From the NCBI GenBank assembly GCA_002495315.1, contig DAEN01000051.1, forward strand, positions 1 to 49,985: a stretch of DNA of 49,985 nucleotides. Direction: 5' to 3'. Position 1 is the first letter of the stretch. Each line of letters begins with the position of its first letter. Source of the DNA: Thaumarchaeota archaeon UBA141 (GTDB lineage: Archaea; Thermoproteota; Nitrososphaeria; Nitrososphaerales; UBA141). This document shows, piece after piece, positions 18,789 to 28,780 of this stretch. Both the position numbers and the translations under genes were made by a program. The notes below the pieces were generated by a model. The model saw only the letters and a program-made list of their open reading frames with translations, ran no database searches and was not told the origin of the DNA.

Positions 18789-19547
18789 TTAATCATCAAC
18801 TTCTTCCCCACTTTTGAGTATCCGAGTTATCGTGGCTGACAATTCAACGAGACCCTCTGAAGTCTGAGCAGAGAAAGGCATCAGCTCAAAAGAGCTATCT
18901 GTCTTGACAAGGCTTCTCAGGACACCTGTAGCTAAGAGGTAATCGGACGCACTGGCTTCTTGACGGATATCCTCTTCCAGAACAGTGGCATTGGAGGCCC
19001 ACTTCATGATCTTCTTCCACTTAGTTCCGATTAGATCTATCTTTGAGAGTACCGGAATAGATGGGATCTGTAGACGCAACTGTAGTGAAGCTGCTAATAA
19101 TGCGAGCGACACAAAATGGGTTGCTGTGCTGGCCAGAATAGAATCAAACAAGAAAAGAACGGCCTTTCCCTCGGCAGTGATGTTTTCAACAATATATGGG
19201 CCGCTTGGACGATAGGCAAATAGTTCCATCTGACCAGGAGTATCAATGATGGTGTAGTCAGGGTTATACTCGTCAATTGCCTCTTGGAGCTCGGGCAAGC
19301 GGGTTGCTATCATATCTGCTGACAAAATAAGAGCTCCATTAGGACCAAGTTGATGACTCGCCATTATTGATTCAAGGTCGATGAAGTCGCGAATATCTAC
19401 TATGGGATCGTAGGGCAGGTTAGTGGCGCCTGGATCAAGGTTTACCGTTGCGACTGTGGAACCTCTCTCCTCATACCATGGAGCCAATATGGAAGTTAAT
19501 TGGGACTTTCCGGCACCTGCTGTTCCCGTTACAAAGACGACCTGCAT
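18789..19547 (-). CDS. GPN-loop GTPase
   Basis: Motifs GTAGAGKS, NLDPG, LGPNGA and DTPGQME. Start set at MQVVF. Confidence 0.92.
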   Translation of the reverse strand: MQVVFVTGTAGAGKSQLTSILAPWYEERGSTVATVNLDPGATNLPYDPIVDIRDFIDLESIMASHQLGPNGALILSADMIATRLPELQEAIDEYNPDYTIIDTPGQMELFAYRPSGPYIVENITAEGKAVLFLFDSILASTATHFVSLALLAASLQLRLQIPSIPVLSKIDLIGTKWKKIMKWASNATVLEEDIRQEASASDYLLATGVLRSLVKTDSSFELMPFSAQTSEGLVELSATITRILKSGEEVDD

Positions 19548-19610
19548 ACCTACCTGGAATAAGACCACTCTTTATACTCAGCTAGTAAATGTGGGATTAT
19601 TCGAATCTAT

Positions 19611-20450
19611 ATGGTGAATAATTACGACTTCGATTGTGAACTCTTGACAATAGGCAACGAGTTGTTGATTGGGAGGACAGTGAACACAAATTCAACGTGG
19701 ATCTCGAAGAGGATTACAACAGTAGGAGGAGTTGTAACAAGGTGCGTAACGATCTTAGACGAACTTACCGATATTTCTCAGGCAATCGGGGAAGCACTTG
19801 CTAGACGCCCCCGATGGCTTATTCTTTGTGGAGGCTTAGGGCCGACTTTTGACGACAAAACCATGGAGGGTCTGGCCGATGCCCTTGGCAGGCCTTTGGA
19901 AGTGAACAAAGAAGTAGTTCGTGTGATCGATAGGAAATATTCTAAGATGCAGATGCGAGGTCTAATATCTAAGGTTGAAATGACCCCTGCGCGGATAAAG
20001 ATGGCAACTCTTCCAGAAGGCTCTTTACCACTATCAAATCCAATTGGGACTGCTCCGGGTGTTTTACTGTCACTGCAACATACTCTTGTCTTTGCTCTAC
20101 CTGGTGTGCCTTCCGAGATGAAAAGGATCTTCTTGAAATGGATCGAACCAGTAATTCAAAAGGAGATTGGAGATGTACATCGTACCTCAAAGACGTTACT
20201 CGTTCGCGGTGTTCTTGAATCTACCCTTGCCCCTCTTCTAGATGATATTCTGTCCAACTCAGACTCGGTTTACATTAAATCGCACCCGAAGGGCATTGAG
20301 AATGGGAGATCGAAATTGGAGATCGAGATCGCAACATCTTTCTCTATCGCTTCAGAAGCTGAAGAGAGGGTTACCCGAATCTCTGATCGACTCTCGCGAA
20401 TGATTGATGAAATAGGAGGCAAGGTATCTGTTGTTGGTGATGAGAAGTGA
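19611..20450 (+). CDS. CinA N-terminal/MoCF-domain protein (COG1058, ADP-ribose pyrophosphatase-like)
   Basis: Motifs IGNELLIGRTVNTN, GGLGPTFDD, NPIGTAPG, LPGVPSEM and YIKSHPKG. Confidence 0.88.
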   Translation: MVNNYDFDCELLTIGNELLIGRTVNTNSTWISKRITTVGGVVTRCVTILDELTDISQAIGEALARRPRWLILCGGLGPTFDDKTMEGLADALGRPLEVNKEVVRVIDRKYSKMQMRGLISKVEMTPARIKMATLPEGSLPLSNPIGTAPGVLLSLQHTLVFALPGVPSEMKRIFLKWIEPVIQKEIGDVHRTSKTLLVRGVLESTLAPLLDDILSNSDSVYIKSHPKGIENGRSKLEIEIATSFSIASEAEERVTRISDRLSRMIDEIGGKVSVVGDEK

Positions 20451-20456
20451 ATCGAG

Positions 20457-20741
20457 CTACAGCTCTATTTCGGGAAGTTGTGGTGGTCTTGGCGCTTCCT
20501 TTACAATCGGTTCGACCTTTAGTTGTGTTGCACAGCCTGGGCAGTAGTATAGCCGAAAGAGGGTCTGATCGGTCTTGGTATAAACTGGTGATATTTCGTT
20601 TGGAATCATATTTCTTGTAACTGCACCCGAATATATTCCCTTAGAAAGCGGACCAAGTATGTAGCCACATTTTGAGCAACATACGTCTCGTTTGCCGGTT
20701 TTCCTATCTGTTATCTCTAGATATTCACTAATACGGTTCAA
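20457..20741 (-). CDS. Acetone carboxylase gamma-like small Zn subunit
   Basis: RISEYLEI, CSKCG and YYCPGCATQL; directly downstream of hydantoinase B. Confidence 0.8.
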   Translation of the reverse strand: MNRISEYLEITDRKTGKRDVCCSKCGYILGPLSKGIYSGAVTRNMIPNEISPVYTKTDQTLFRLYYCPGCATQLKVEPIVKEAPRPPQLPEIEL

Positions 20742-20747
20742 GTAAAT

Positions 20748-22586
20748 TTACACACCGAGCCTGTCATTCCTGATTGTTTTCCTCAATGTTTCTGTCCCGG
20801 AGAGATCTACTGATCCTCGACGTAGCACCACCCCATAGATGGAGCGAGCGGCTTCAGGCGAAACTATGTCGTTGATGACATCCTGCAGTACGGATTGCGG
20901 GTCGCGGTCCAATGGATCCCCATATCCTCCCCCTCCACTGTAGCTGTTGTAGAAAACGGCGTCACTATCAAGGGAAGTTGGAGGAAACTTTGCGGAGAGA
21001 ACTTCTACATTCCCATCGATCTCTTCGATTGACTGAGGTATCTTGCCAGCAACTAGGATTGCGTCGATGTTCGTCTGTCTTTTTATTGATCTGAGAATAA
21101 AGCCTCCCGGGTAGCCACCAAAGATTCCTTGGCTTGCAGGGATAACTGCTCCATGTCCACTTCCGCCTACGGAAACATCAGTGCTTCCATACCTGACAAA
21201 GGCAAATTCAAGCGCGGCTCCTCCCCTGTATTTTCCAGATCCACCGGAATCTTTCCTAAAGCGATTGAAGAGGAAAAGGGCTGGCGCAAATGTCTCGGCA
21301 GTTTCAATGTTTGGAATGCTAGGCTTTGTAGAGGAAATACTAAAACTGCAATCATATCCATCTTTGTAGGCCATCGCGCCAGCTCCTCCACTACTCTGAT
21401 AGAGGTAAGCAGACCGTTCACCGTATTGATTTATTCCCATGATGACTGGTGCAGCTTTACCCCCTTCCCAAACGCCGCCTGCTTGTCTCCAGTGTTCTCT
21501 ACTCGATCCTAACAGCTTGCAAACTGCCTGAATGGCTGCATTTCGGACAGCGAACATTCCAGCTATAGAGGCCCAGCCTGTAGGAGCAGGGGGCTTGCAG
21601 TTCACTAAGCTGCCTTCCGGTGCGTGGATGGAAATTGCTTTCATTACGCCCTGATTCCAGGGGATGTCGTAGCAAATATACGGGAAGACGGCTCCCATTA
21701 CTCCCGTGATGAGCCCAGAAATGGTACAGTTGATGTGTCCAGGAGCCTGGTCGTCAGTTCCTGAATAGTCAAACGATAGACTATCTGATTCTTTGGTCAT
21801 TTTCAACACGATCTTGTAGATCTTGTTTGTGTGACCATCATGATCGATGTAGTCTATCGCACCAACATGACTCTCAGGGAGCTCTAGTAGCCTCTCTCGA
21901 AATTTTTTCTCTGAGCGATCTATTACTCCTTGCATGACTGATAGTGTGACTTTGCGGCCGAAACGGGATAATAGATCATATAGTCTGGCTTGACCAACAG
22001 AGTTCGTCGCAACTCTAGCTTTGATGTCTAGGCCAACAAGTCCTGCCTGTCGGACGTTGCTTAATATCATGCGAAAGATATCCCATTGAAATTTCCCTTT
22101 CTCTACGAGCTTTAACGCAGGGATCCTCAGTCCCTCCTGAAAGATCTCGGTTGCTTTGGGAGAGGGACTTCCGTGTTGCATGCCTCCAATGTCTACCTCG
22201 TGGGCTATCACGCTAGTCCAGGCGACTAGCTCATTCTGGTAATGTACAGGCGCGACTACGGCCAGGTCGAGTTGATGTAGGGCTCCCTTGTGTGGGTCAT
22301 TGATGACGAACATATCTCCCTTGCAGATTTCGTCGCCGCTGCCGTAGTCTTCTAAGATATTTCGTATGAGCAGTGGAATGACGCCTGCTACCAATGCGTT
22401 ATGTGCGCCCATTGTACTTAGCTGACCGTCGGACAAGCTAATCGCGACATTGAAGTCGTTGGCCTCAGTGACTATAGGTGAACCGGATACATTCTTCATT
22501 GCTAGCGCCATCTCCTCGGTGATCTGCCAAAGTTTGTGACTCACAATTTCGTAGGTGAATGGATCTGTGGCTTTGTTTTCCCTCAA
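20748..22586 (-). CDS. Hydantoinase B/oxoprolinase-family catalytic subunit
   Basis: Motifs SGSPIVTEAND, NDPHKGALHQLD, AHEVDIGG, EIFQEG and GGGGYGDPLDR. Confidence 0.92.
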   Translation of the reverse strand: MRENKATDPFTYEIVSHKLWQITEEMALAMKNVSGSPIVTEANDFNVAISLSDGQLSTMGAHNALVAGVIPLLIRNILEDYGSGDEICKGDMFVINDPHKGALHQLDLAVVAPVHYQNELVAWTSVIAHEVDIGGMQHGSPSPKATEIFQEGLRIPALKLVEKGKFQWDIFRMILSNVRQAGLVGLDIKARVATNSVGQARLYDLLSRFGRKVTLSVMQGVIDRSEKKFRERLLELPESHVGAIDYIDHDGHTNKIYKIVLKMTKESDSLSFDYSGTDDQAPGHINCTISGLITGVMGAVFPYICYDIPWNQGVMKAISIHAPEGSLVNCKPPAPTGWASIAGMFAVRNAAIQAVCKLLGSSREHWRQAGGVWEGGKAAPVIMGINQYGERSAYLYQSSGGAGAMAYKDGYDCSFSISSTKPSIPNIETAETFAPALFLFNRFRKDSGGSGKYRGGAALEFAFVRYGSTDVSVGGSGHGAVIPASQGIFGGYPGGFILRSIKRQTNIDAILVAGKIPQSIEEIDGNVEVLSAKFPPTSLDSDAVFYNSYSGGGGYGDPLDRDPQSVLQDVINDIVSPEAARSIYGVVLRRGSVDLSGTETLRKTIRNDRLGV

Positions 22587-22588
22587 TA

Positions 22589-24709
22589 CTAGTCGTCTCC
22601 ATTCCGGTCTATGTGGAAGTTTAGGTATTGGTCTACTAATAGACTCTGAGAAGGGGGTACGACTACACTTGTTCCTTCTGACTCAATTACCGAGGGGCCG
22701 CTGACAATGTTTCCCGCTCTTAGTTTTTTGGCATCATATATTGCAGTCATCCCAAGATTGTCGTCAGCTTCCACTAGTGCTTCCCGTTTGCCCTTCAATG
22801 CTCTAGAAGGATCTGGACCATCGACATCGAACTTTTTCAGTTGAGGTCTCTGCCTTGTCCCTAGTACATCAATCCGGAAGTTGGTCAGTTCTGTTCCTGC
22901 CTCTGCATAGGCTGTTCCTTTACCATATCGTGACTCGTACAATTCTTGAAAACGCATCAAGATCGAACGAATTGTTTTACTTGTCACAGCTCCGGGAGGA
23001 GCAGGAACTGTGAGAGAGTTGGTTTGAGCCCTATACCTCATGTCTATACTTCTAAAGAGACGGATTTCGGAATCAGCTAATCCCCAAGCGCGACCTTCCT
23101 TCCTTGCTCTAATCTCAAGTTTAGTAAAGCTCGACTCAATCCGTTCCGGCTCAAATGGACTCCTCATGTAGTCTGAAAAAGAGAATGTCTGCTTTAGGTC
23201 AGATATCGCGACGCCAAATGCGGAGTACTGTGGTGCTAGCTGTGGAATGATAATTGACATCCCAAGTTCTGCACCGTAGCTAGTACAGTGAATTGGTCCT
23301 GCACCTCCAAAAGCGAATAATGTGAAATCATGTGGATCCAACCCTCTTCCTACTGTTACGTTCCTGATAAGATCTGACGCTTGACTATTTGTGACCTTCC
23401 ATATTCCCTTAGCTGCATCAAAGACATCGATCCCAAATGGGTCTGCAATAGTTTCTTTTAGACTCGTTATTGCTTTTCTCTTAGAGAGTCGCATCATTCC
23501 TCCTAGAAAGCTCTTCGAGCTAATGTAACCCAGGGCGAGATCGGCGTCAGTGACTGTGGCTTCAATGCCACCTCTGTTGTAACATGCAGGGCCTGGGCGA
23601 GATCCAGCGCTCCGCGGTCCAATCTTGACTTCACCGTCTTCAATGCTTACAACACTCCCCCCACCTGAACCTATCGACGTGATGTCTATCATTGGGAGAA
23701 GTAGTGAGTATCGTACAATGTGCGGGCCGCTGCGTGGTGAATATGCGGACGGAGCAAGAAGTGGTGCGTTATCAATTATCACTCCCACATCGAAGCTAGT
23801 TCCTCCCATGTCGGTAGTGATGACGTTCTTGTAACCGAGAAGTTTGGCTAAGTAGTTTGATCCGACGACGCCCCCTGCAGGGCCTGACATTAAAGCTGAG
23901 ACACCTCTGCCACAAGCTTCACTAAACGGGAGAACTCCTCCTAGCGATTGCATAATTAACGGGTCACGATTTAGACCGTTCTTCCGAAGGTAGTTCTCCA
24001 ACCGACGAAGATATTTCGTCAACATAGGACTAACGTAGCAATTTAGCACTGTCGTAGCCGTCCGCTCATACTCTCCAGAAACCGGTACTAGCTCACTTGA
24101 TGTTGTGACAAAAATCTCTGGGTGCGATTCTTCTATTAGGTCTCTCACACGCTTTTCGTGACTAGAATTCTTGAATGACCACAATAATGAAACTCCTATG
24201 GCTTTCACTTGTTGACGGACAAGCTTGTCGATGGCCTTTCGCGCGTCATCGTGATCCAACGGGACCACAACCTTGCCCTCACGATCTACACGTTCGGTCA
24301 CCTCCTCGGTCAAGCTCAGTGGTACGATGGGAGTTGGCCTCACCACGCGGTTCATGTCGCGGAGCTCAGATTCTGGCAGTCCTGCTCCTCTGCCAACTCT
24401 CATCATTACAAGATGGTTCTTGAATCCCTTGGTGGTTATGAGTCCGGTCTTGACCCCCCGATACTGGAGAAGTGCATTTACCACGACCGTAGTCCCGTGA
24501 GAGAAGAGATGGGTATTCTTGAGAAGATCGCGGGGCAACAGGTTAATTTGCTTAGCCAGAAGACTAACGCATTCTCTGACTCCTATAGCTAGATCTTCTT
24601 GAGTAGATTGCGTCTTAGCACTAACCATGGTGCCTAATTCATCCATCAGGAAACCATCGGTGAATGTTCCTCCAACATCTATGCCGATAGTATACATCGT
24701 AGATCCCAT
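22589..24709 (-). CDS. Hydantoinase A/oxoprolinase-family ATPase subunit
   Basis: Motifs IDVGGTFTD, HGTT, EYERTAT, SGPAGG, DMGGTSFD and FGGAGP. Confidence 0.92.
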   Translation of the reverse strand: MGSTMYTIGIDVGGTFTDGFLMDELGTMVSAKTQSTQEDLAIGVRECVSLLAKQINLLPRDLLKNTHLFSHGTTVVVNALLQYRGVKTGLITTKGFKNHLVMMRVGRGAGLPESELRDMNRVVRPTPIVPLSLTEEVTERVDREGKVVVPLDHDDARKAIDKLVRQQVKAIGVSLLWSFKNSSHEKRVRDLIEESHPEIFVTTSSELVPVSGEYERTATTVLNCYVSPMLTKYLRRLENYLRKNGLNRDPLIMQSLGGVLPFSEACGRGVSALMSGPAGGVVGSNYLAKLLGYKNVITTDMGGTSFDVGVIIDNAPLLAPSAYSPRSGPHIVRYSLLLPMIDITSIGSGGGSVVSIEDGEVKIGPRSAGSRPGPACYNRGGIEATVTDADLALGYISSKSFLGGMMRLSKRKAITSLKETIADPFGIDVFDAAKGIWKVTNSQASDLIRNVTVGRGLDPHDFTLFAFGGAGPIHCTSYGAELGMSIIIPQLAPQYSAFGVAISDLKQTFSFSDYMRSPFEPERIESSFTKLEIRARKEGRAWGLADSEIRLFRSIDMRYRAQTNSLTVPAPPGAVTSKTIRSILMRFQELYESRYGKGTAYAEAGTELTNFRIDVLGTRQRPQLKKFDVDGPDPSRALKGKREALVEADDNLGMTAIYDAKKLRAGNIVSGPSVIESEGTSVVVPPSQSLLVDQYLNFHIDRNGDD

Positions 24710-24815
24710 TAGGTATCGATCTCTTATTCTTGCCTCTAAGTAGAGGCCTAATTTTGAAGTGTATTGAATACGTCACCTGTTTCTGAGTGGCGTTGAATGT
24801 GTTTGAAGCTGAGAG

Positions 24816-24835
24816 TCACCGTGAGGGTACGGTGA
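24816..24835. promoter_or_regulatory. Perfect 7-6-7 inverted repeat in a divergent promoter region
   Basis: TCACCGT-GAGGGT-ACGGTGA. Confidence 0.35.
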
Positions 24836-24895
24836 GGGTTAAGTTAACATTGACTGGTTGTAAGAACGAATGATGCATTCTTACAGTGAGTTTCG

Positions 24896-25261
24896 ATGCG
24901 TCTGACACCTGAAATTACGAGTTGGATCGAGGAATTGGTCATTCAATATTCTATGCAGTTGTCTATTCGGAAGCCCAAATATTTGCTGAAAGTCAGGGAT
25001 GTACTTGCTCTGCCTCTGGAAATAACACGAGGTCGGCGAACTTCTGCCTATCGATATCAAGGCGTTACATATCTCAAACATTGGATAGTCTTCATCAATG
25101 TTCGTCGTTCACGTACGTTGTACGAGCTTAAACAAACTGTAGTACATGAGCTAGTGCATCTTAGATTCCCATATCTGAGTCACGGTGATGGATTTAGAAA
25201 GAAAGTAGAAGCAGTGATGTTGGGTAGATCTTTCAGAGCATACAGACGGCGAGTTCCATAG
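24896..25261 (+). CDS. Small basic HExxH zinc metalloprotein (SprT/YgjP/DUF45-like)
   Basis: VVHELVHLRFP...HGDGF motif. Confidence 0.75.
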   Translation: MRLTPEITSWIEELVIQYSMQLSIRKPKYLLKVRDVLALPLEITRGRRTSAYRYQGVTYLKHWIVFINVRRSRTLYELKQTVVHELVHLRFPYLSHGDGFRKKVEAVMLGRSFRAYRRRVP

Positions 25262-25575
25262 CATCTAATTCTGAAATTCGACGGCTTGTATCTAGATGAT
25301 AGGTGATGTGAAGTTATCATGTAATCTTGGCGACTCGAACTTTCAAAGTATTATACAATTATGGGTACGCCGTAGGTAGTTGGTTTCACTATAATGCTTG
25401 ATAAATCTGAAATTTTGTTCTAGGTGTGCCTTTTCATGGCCAGTGTACCAAATTTTACTAGATGAATGCCGCAGATTATTACTAATAATCCCGGTTTTCT
25501 CAAATCAAACATTGGGGCCGGATGATAAGATCTTTTGTTTTGAATCTGTTGGTTGGCTATTGGATCATCGAATAA

Positions 25576-25803
25576 CTATTTCTTCGAGAGCCACCAATCC
25601 AGATATTCAGTTCTTTCCCGTCGTTTCTTTCGCTCTGGATCTAGATCAACTCGTAATCGGTTTTTGAGATCGGAGAGTTGGTCACGAGTTACAGAGAGAC
25701 CGCAGGTCTTACAGCCATAGCTTTTAGCCGACGGGTCAAAGAAGAGGACACCACCACATTCGGGGCAAAAGCGTTGAGTCTCAGGAGGCTTTCCCTGTTG
25801 CAT
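25576..25803 (-). CDS. Small zinc-ribbon protein of TACK-archaeal type
   Basis: CPECGG...CKTCG and a C-terminal EYLDWWLSKK. Start reassigned to ATG 25803. Confidence 0.8.
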   Translation of the reverse strand: MQQGKPPETQRFCPECGGVLFFDPSAKSYGCKTCGLSVTRDQLSDLKNRLRVDLDPERKKRRERTEYLDWWLSKK

Positions 25804-25922
25804 AACTGTACGGGGTTCTAAAAATTCATATAAAAAGTTTGAATTTATTTCAGACTCTGGAGCAGATTTAACAACTGGACATACAGTCAAATAATGCGCC
25901 GCGAGATTTGCGTTTGCCTGAC

Positions 25923-26813
25923 ATGATGGAATGGCTGGTAGCTCCGGGTCCCGCATCAGTGGAACTGGCAAATACTGTCGGGAAGAAATTAGACGCGAAG
26001 CTTCTGGACGTCGAAATTCGGGTCTTCCCAGACGGAGAAAGTGTGATTAACGTAGTGGGTGAAGTAACCAATAAGCGAGTTCTTCTTCTGCAGTCTCTTT
26101 ATCCTCCTGTAGATACCCATCTGATCCAGGCTCTGATGTTGAGCCATAGACTCAGCCAAGACGGTGCTGAAGTCTACGTGGCTATGCCGTATCTTGGCTA
26201 TGCAAGGCAAGACAAAGAATTCGTTCAGGGAGAGATAGTTAGCGTTGGCGTCATAGCAAGACTATTGAGAGCCGTAGGAGTAAAGAGATTAGTTACTGTA
26301 GATATACACAGCATCGAAGGTTTGGGCCATTTCTCGTTTCCTACATTCAGTCTATCAGCATTTCCACTGCTAGCGGAATATGTGAAGAAGAATTACCGTC
26401 TTGAACGCGCTGTGGCAGCGTCCCCTGATTTAGGAGGATCAGCTAGAATTGAAGCCTTCGCTAGGGTGCTGGGAATCGAGCATTTTGTCCTAAAGAAAAG
26501 TAGAGATCGAAAGACCGGTGATGTAACAGTTGAAGGTGAATCAATACCTGAGCTAGATGGTAAAGACGTCATTTTTGTAGACGATATAATTAGCACAGGG
26601 ACTAGCATATGCAGAGGAGCGGAGGTGTTGAAGAAGTCAAATCCTAGATCTCTTTATGCTGTCTGCACTCATCCACTACTAGTTGATGGCGCTCTGGATA
26701 GACTGTACGAAGTCGGAATTAAAGAGGTGATAGGTACTAATACCATTCCAGGGCCAATTAGCAAGATCGATGTCGCTCCACTCTATTCTGAGTACTTCTC
26801 CTCAGTCGACTAG
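25923..26813 (+). CDS. prs: Ribose-phosphate pyrophosphokinase
   Basis: Motifs FPDGE, PYLGYARQD, VDIH, SPDLGG and VDDIISTGTS. Confidence 0.95.
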   Translation: MMEWLVAPGPASVELANTVGKKLDAKLLDVEIRVFPDGESVINVVGEVTNKRVLLLQSLYPPVDTHLIQALMLSHRLSQDGAEVYVAMPYLGYARQDKEFVQGEIVSVGVIARLLRAVGVKRLVTVDIHSIEGLGHFSFPTFSLSAFPLLAEYVKKNYRLERAVAASPDLGGSARIEAFARVLGIEHFVLKKSRDRKTGDVTVEGESIPELDGKDVIFVDDIISTGTSICRGAEVLKKSNPRSLYAVCTHPLLVDGALDRLYEVGIKEVIGTNTIPGPISKIDVAPLYSEYFSSVD

Positions 26814-27834
26814 AATAGAGAACAGCAGTCTCTTCTTGCTCTCTGGAGAAACAAATCTTTTACCTCAGGCAGAACTTCGTGCTTTGTTGGAGACATATGG
26901 AAACAATGACACTCAACTGTTCTTTCCTCACCCTAGAGTAGGAATAGCAACTAATTTTCACGACAGGGCTGGAGCAACGCGGCGTGGTGCCTTCATTCGA
27001 TACGGTGGACAACTGATTGCTATCTATTCTAGTAAGAGATTTGCTGAGAAATATTCAATGAATGACGTTCTCGGCCCACGACAAAGTTTCGCAGTACGCG
27101 TCGTCAGTCTGTCTGGTACAGTGGATACTGGTCAATGGGAGCGAGTTCTTGGCGAAAATTTGAAACGGAGTAATCCAAATTCTATAGTTAATCTCGATTC
27201 TCCTGAAGAATTGATCTTGGGAATCCTGTATGGCGATATCTTACTTGTGTCAAAATCTGTCGTAGATATGTCGAGCCGGCAATGGCGCTCTAGAAGACCC
27301 AGTGAAAGACCATTCTTTCATCCTAGTGCTCTCGAACCAAAATTTGGTTGTGCTCTGGTCAATCTATCTAGGATTAGAACTGATCAATGGCTACTTGATC
27401 CATTCTGCGGTACGGGGAGCATCCTGATGGAGGCAAACAGACTCGGAATCCAATCCATTGGTATTGATATTGCAGGCAAGATGGTTAGAGGTACTCTTGT
27501 TAACCTTCGTAGTTTCAACTTACAATCTTGCGGAGTTGTCCATGCAGACTCCACTCAACCTCCAGTTTGTGGCGTTGATGCCGTAGTGACTGATCTTCCC
27601 TATGGGCGGTCATCTTCAACGATCGGTCGGTCCACTGAAGATCTTGCCTTAGATTTCATTAATAGGTTGCCAGAAGTACTCCGATCAGGTGGACATGCTT
27701 GTATTGTTCACCCAAGCGAGTTGAATCTTGAATCGTTAGGAGAAATTGAACTACAAGAACAATATCAAGTCAGGGTACATAAGCGACTTACGCGGACTAT
27801 CTCTATCTTCAAAAATGTCGGTATATCCAGTTAA
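26770..27834 (+). CDS. tRNA (guanine-10-N2)-dimethyltransferase (THUMP + MTase), Trm-G10/Trm11 family
   Basis: Motifs LLSGE, RPFFHP, LDPFCGTGSIL and TDLPYG; start uncertain. Confidence 0.85.
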   Translation: MSLHSILSTSPQSTRIENSSLFLLSGETNLLPQAELRALLETYGNNDTQLFFPHPRVGIATNFHDRAGATRRGAFIRYGGQLIAIYSSKRFAEKYSMNDVLGPRQSFAVRVVSLSGTVDTGQWERVLGENLKRSNPNSIVNLDSPEELILGILYGDILLVSKSVVDMSSRQWRSRRPSERPFFHPSALEPKFGCALVNLSRIRTDQWLLDPFCGTGSILMEANRLGIQSIGIDIAGKMVRGTLVNLRSFNLQSCGVVHADSTQPPVCGVDAVVTDLPYGRSSSTIGRSTEDLALDFINRLPEVLRSGGHACIVHPSELNLESLGEIELQEQYQVRVHKRLTRTISIFKNVGISS

Positions 27835-27862
27835 GTGTGAAAATAGGCAAGAGTGACGGCAT

Positions 27863-28780
27863 CTGGTAGAACTCAAAATTGTCTTTCTTGGGACCTCTGC
27901 AGCAACTCCTACGTATAGACGCGGTTTGTCTTCTGTTGCAATTATTCGAGGAGACGAGCTCCTTCTATTTGATGCGGGAGAAGGCACACAAAGAGCTTTC
28001 CTGAGAGCAGGTATAGGTCTGAATAGAAAGACCAGGATATTCATAACCCATCTGCATGGTGATCATTGTATTGGCGTTCTTGGACTATTGCAAACTATGT
28101 CTCTTGCTTCCCGCGACAAACCAGTGGATATTTACGGCCCCAGTGGACTTTCAGGCTTCATTAGATCCAGTCAGAAGTACCTTCGTTTCGGCCTTACCTT
28201 TGATGTCAGAATAATTGAGATACGTCCAGGTCTTGTACTCAATTGCAAGGAATACGTAGTACGCGCAACTCCAGCTAGACATTCAGTACCATCATTCTCA
28301 TATTGTCTTGAAGAGAAGGAGAGACCGGGTGTCTTCTATCCCGCGAAAGCTAAGAAACTCCGCGTCCCTGAGGGAATTTTGTGGTCATCACTGCAACATG
28401 GTCATCAGGTCAAGATAGGCCGAAGAATTGTTCGCCCAGTTGATGTATTAGGTTCTCCTCGTCGAGGCCGGAAGATAGGTATTTCGGGTGACACTAGACC
28501 ATCAGCAAAGTTGCGAGCTTTGTTTAAAGCGTGTGACGTTCTTATCTTTGAATCCACTTATGGAGACGACCACCGCGACAAGGCAATAGAAAATCTACAT
28601 TCAACTTCACGCGAGGCTGGACAATTAGCAAAACAAGCGGGTGCAAAGCAGCTTGTTTTGACCCACTTTAGTGCTCGTTACGCTGACGTCAAGCCTTTGG
28701 TTAAACAAGCAAGAGAGATCCACGATGATGTAATTCCTGCAGAGGATCTCATGACTCTTCAAGTTCCTTACTTGGATTAA
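27863..28780 (+). CDS. rnz: Ribonuclease Z
   Basis: Motifs FDAGEG, THLHGDH, SGDT, HST and LTHFSARY. The conserved N-terminus LKIVFLGTSAATPT lies upstream of the ORF-track start, implying a CTG start at 27863. Confidence 0.93.
   Translation: MVELKIVFLGTSAATPTYRRGLSSVAIIRGDELLLFDAGEGTQRAFLRAGIGLNRKTRIFITHLHGDHCIGVLGLLQTMSLASRDKPVDIYGPSGLSGFIRSSQKYLRFGLTFDVRIIEIRPGLVLNCKEYVVRATPARHSVPSFSYCLEEKERPGVFYPAKAKKLRVPEGILWSSLQHGHQVKIGRRIVRPVDVLGSPRRGRKIGISGDTRPSAKLRALFKACDVLIFESTYGDDHRDKAIENLHSTSREAGQLAKQAGAKQLVLTHFSARYADVKPLVKQAREIHDDVIPAEDLMTLQVPYLD

Noticed and set aside
25474..25490. Perfect inverted repeat GATTATT-ACT-AATAATC
   Set aside because: AT-rich and located between convergent gene ends, so there is no promoter for it to control.
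25513..25521. CCGGCCCCA on the minus strand matching the tRNA-Pro acceptor end
   Set aside because: Only 9 nt and no tRNA-like structure around it.
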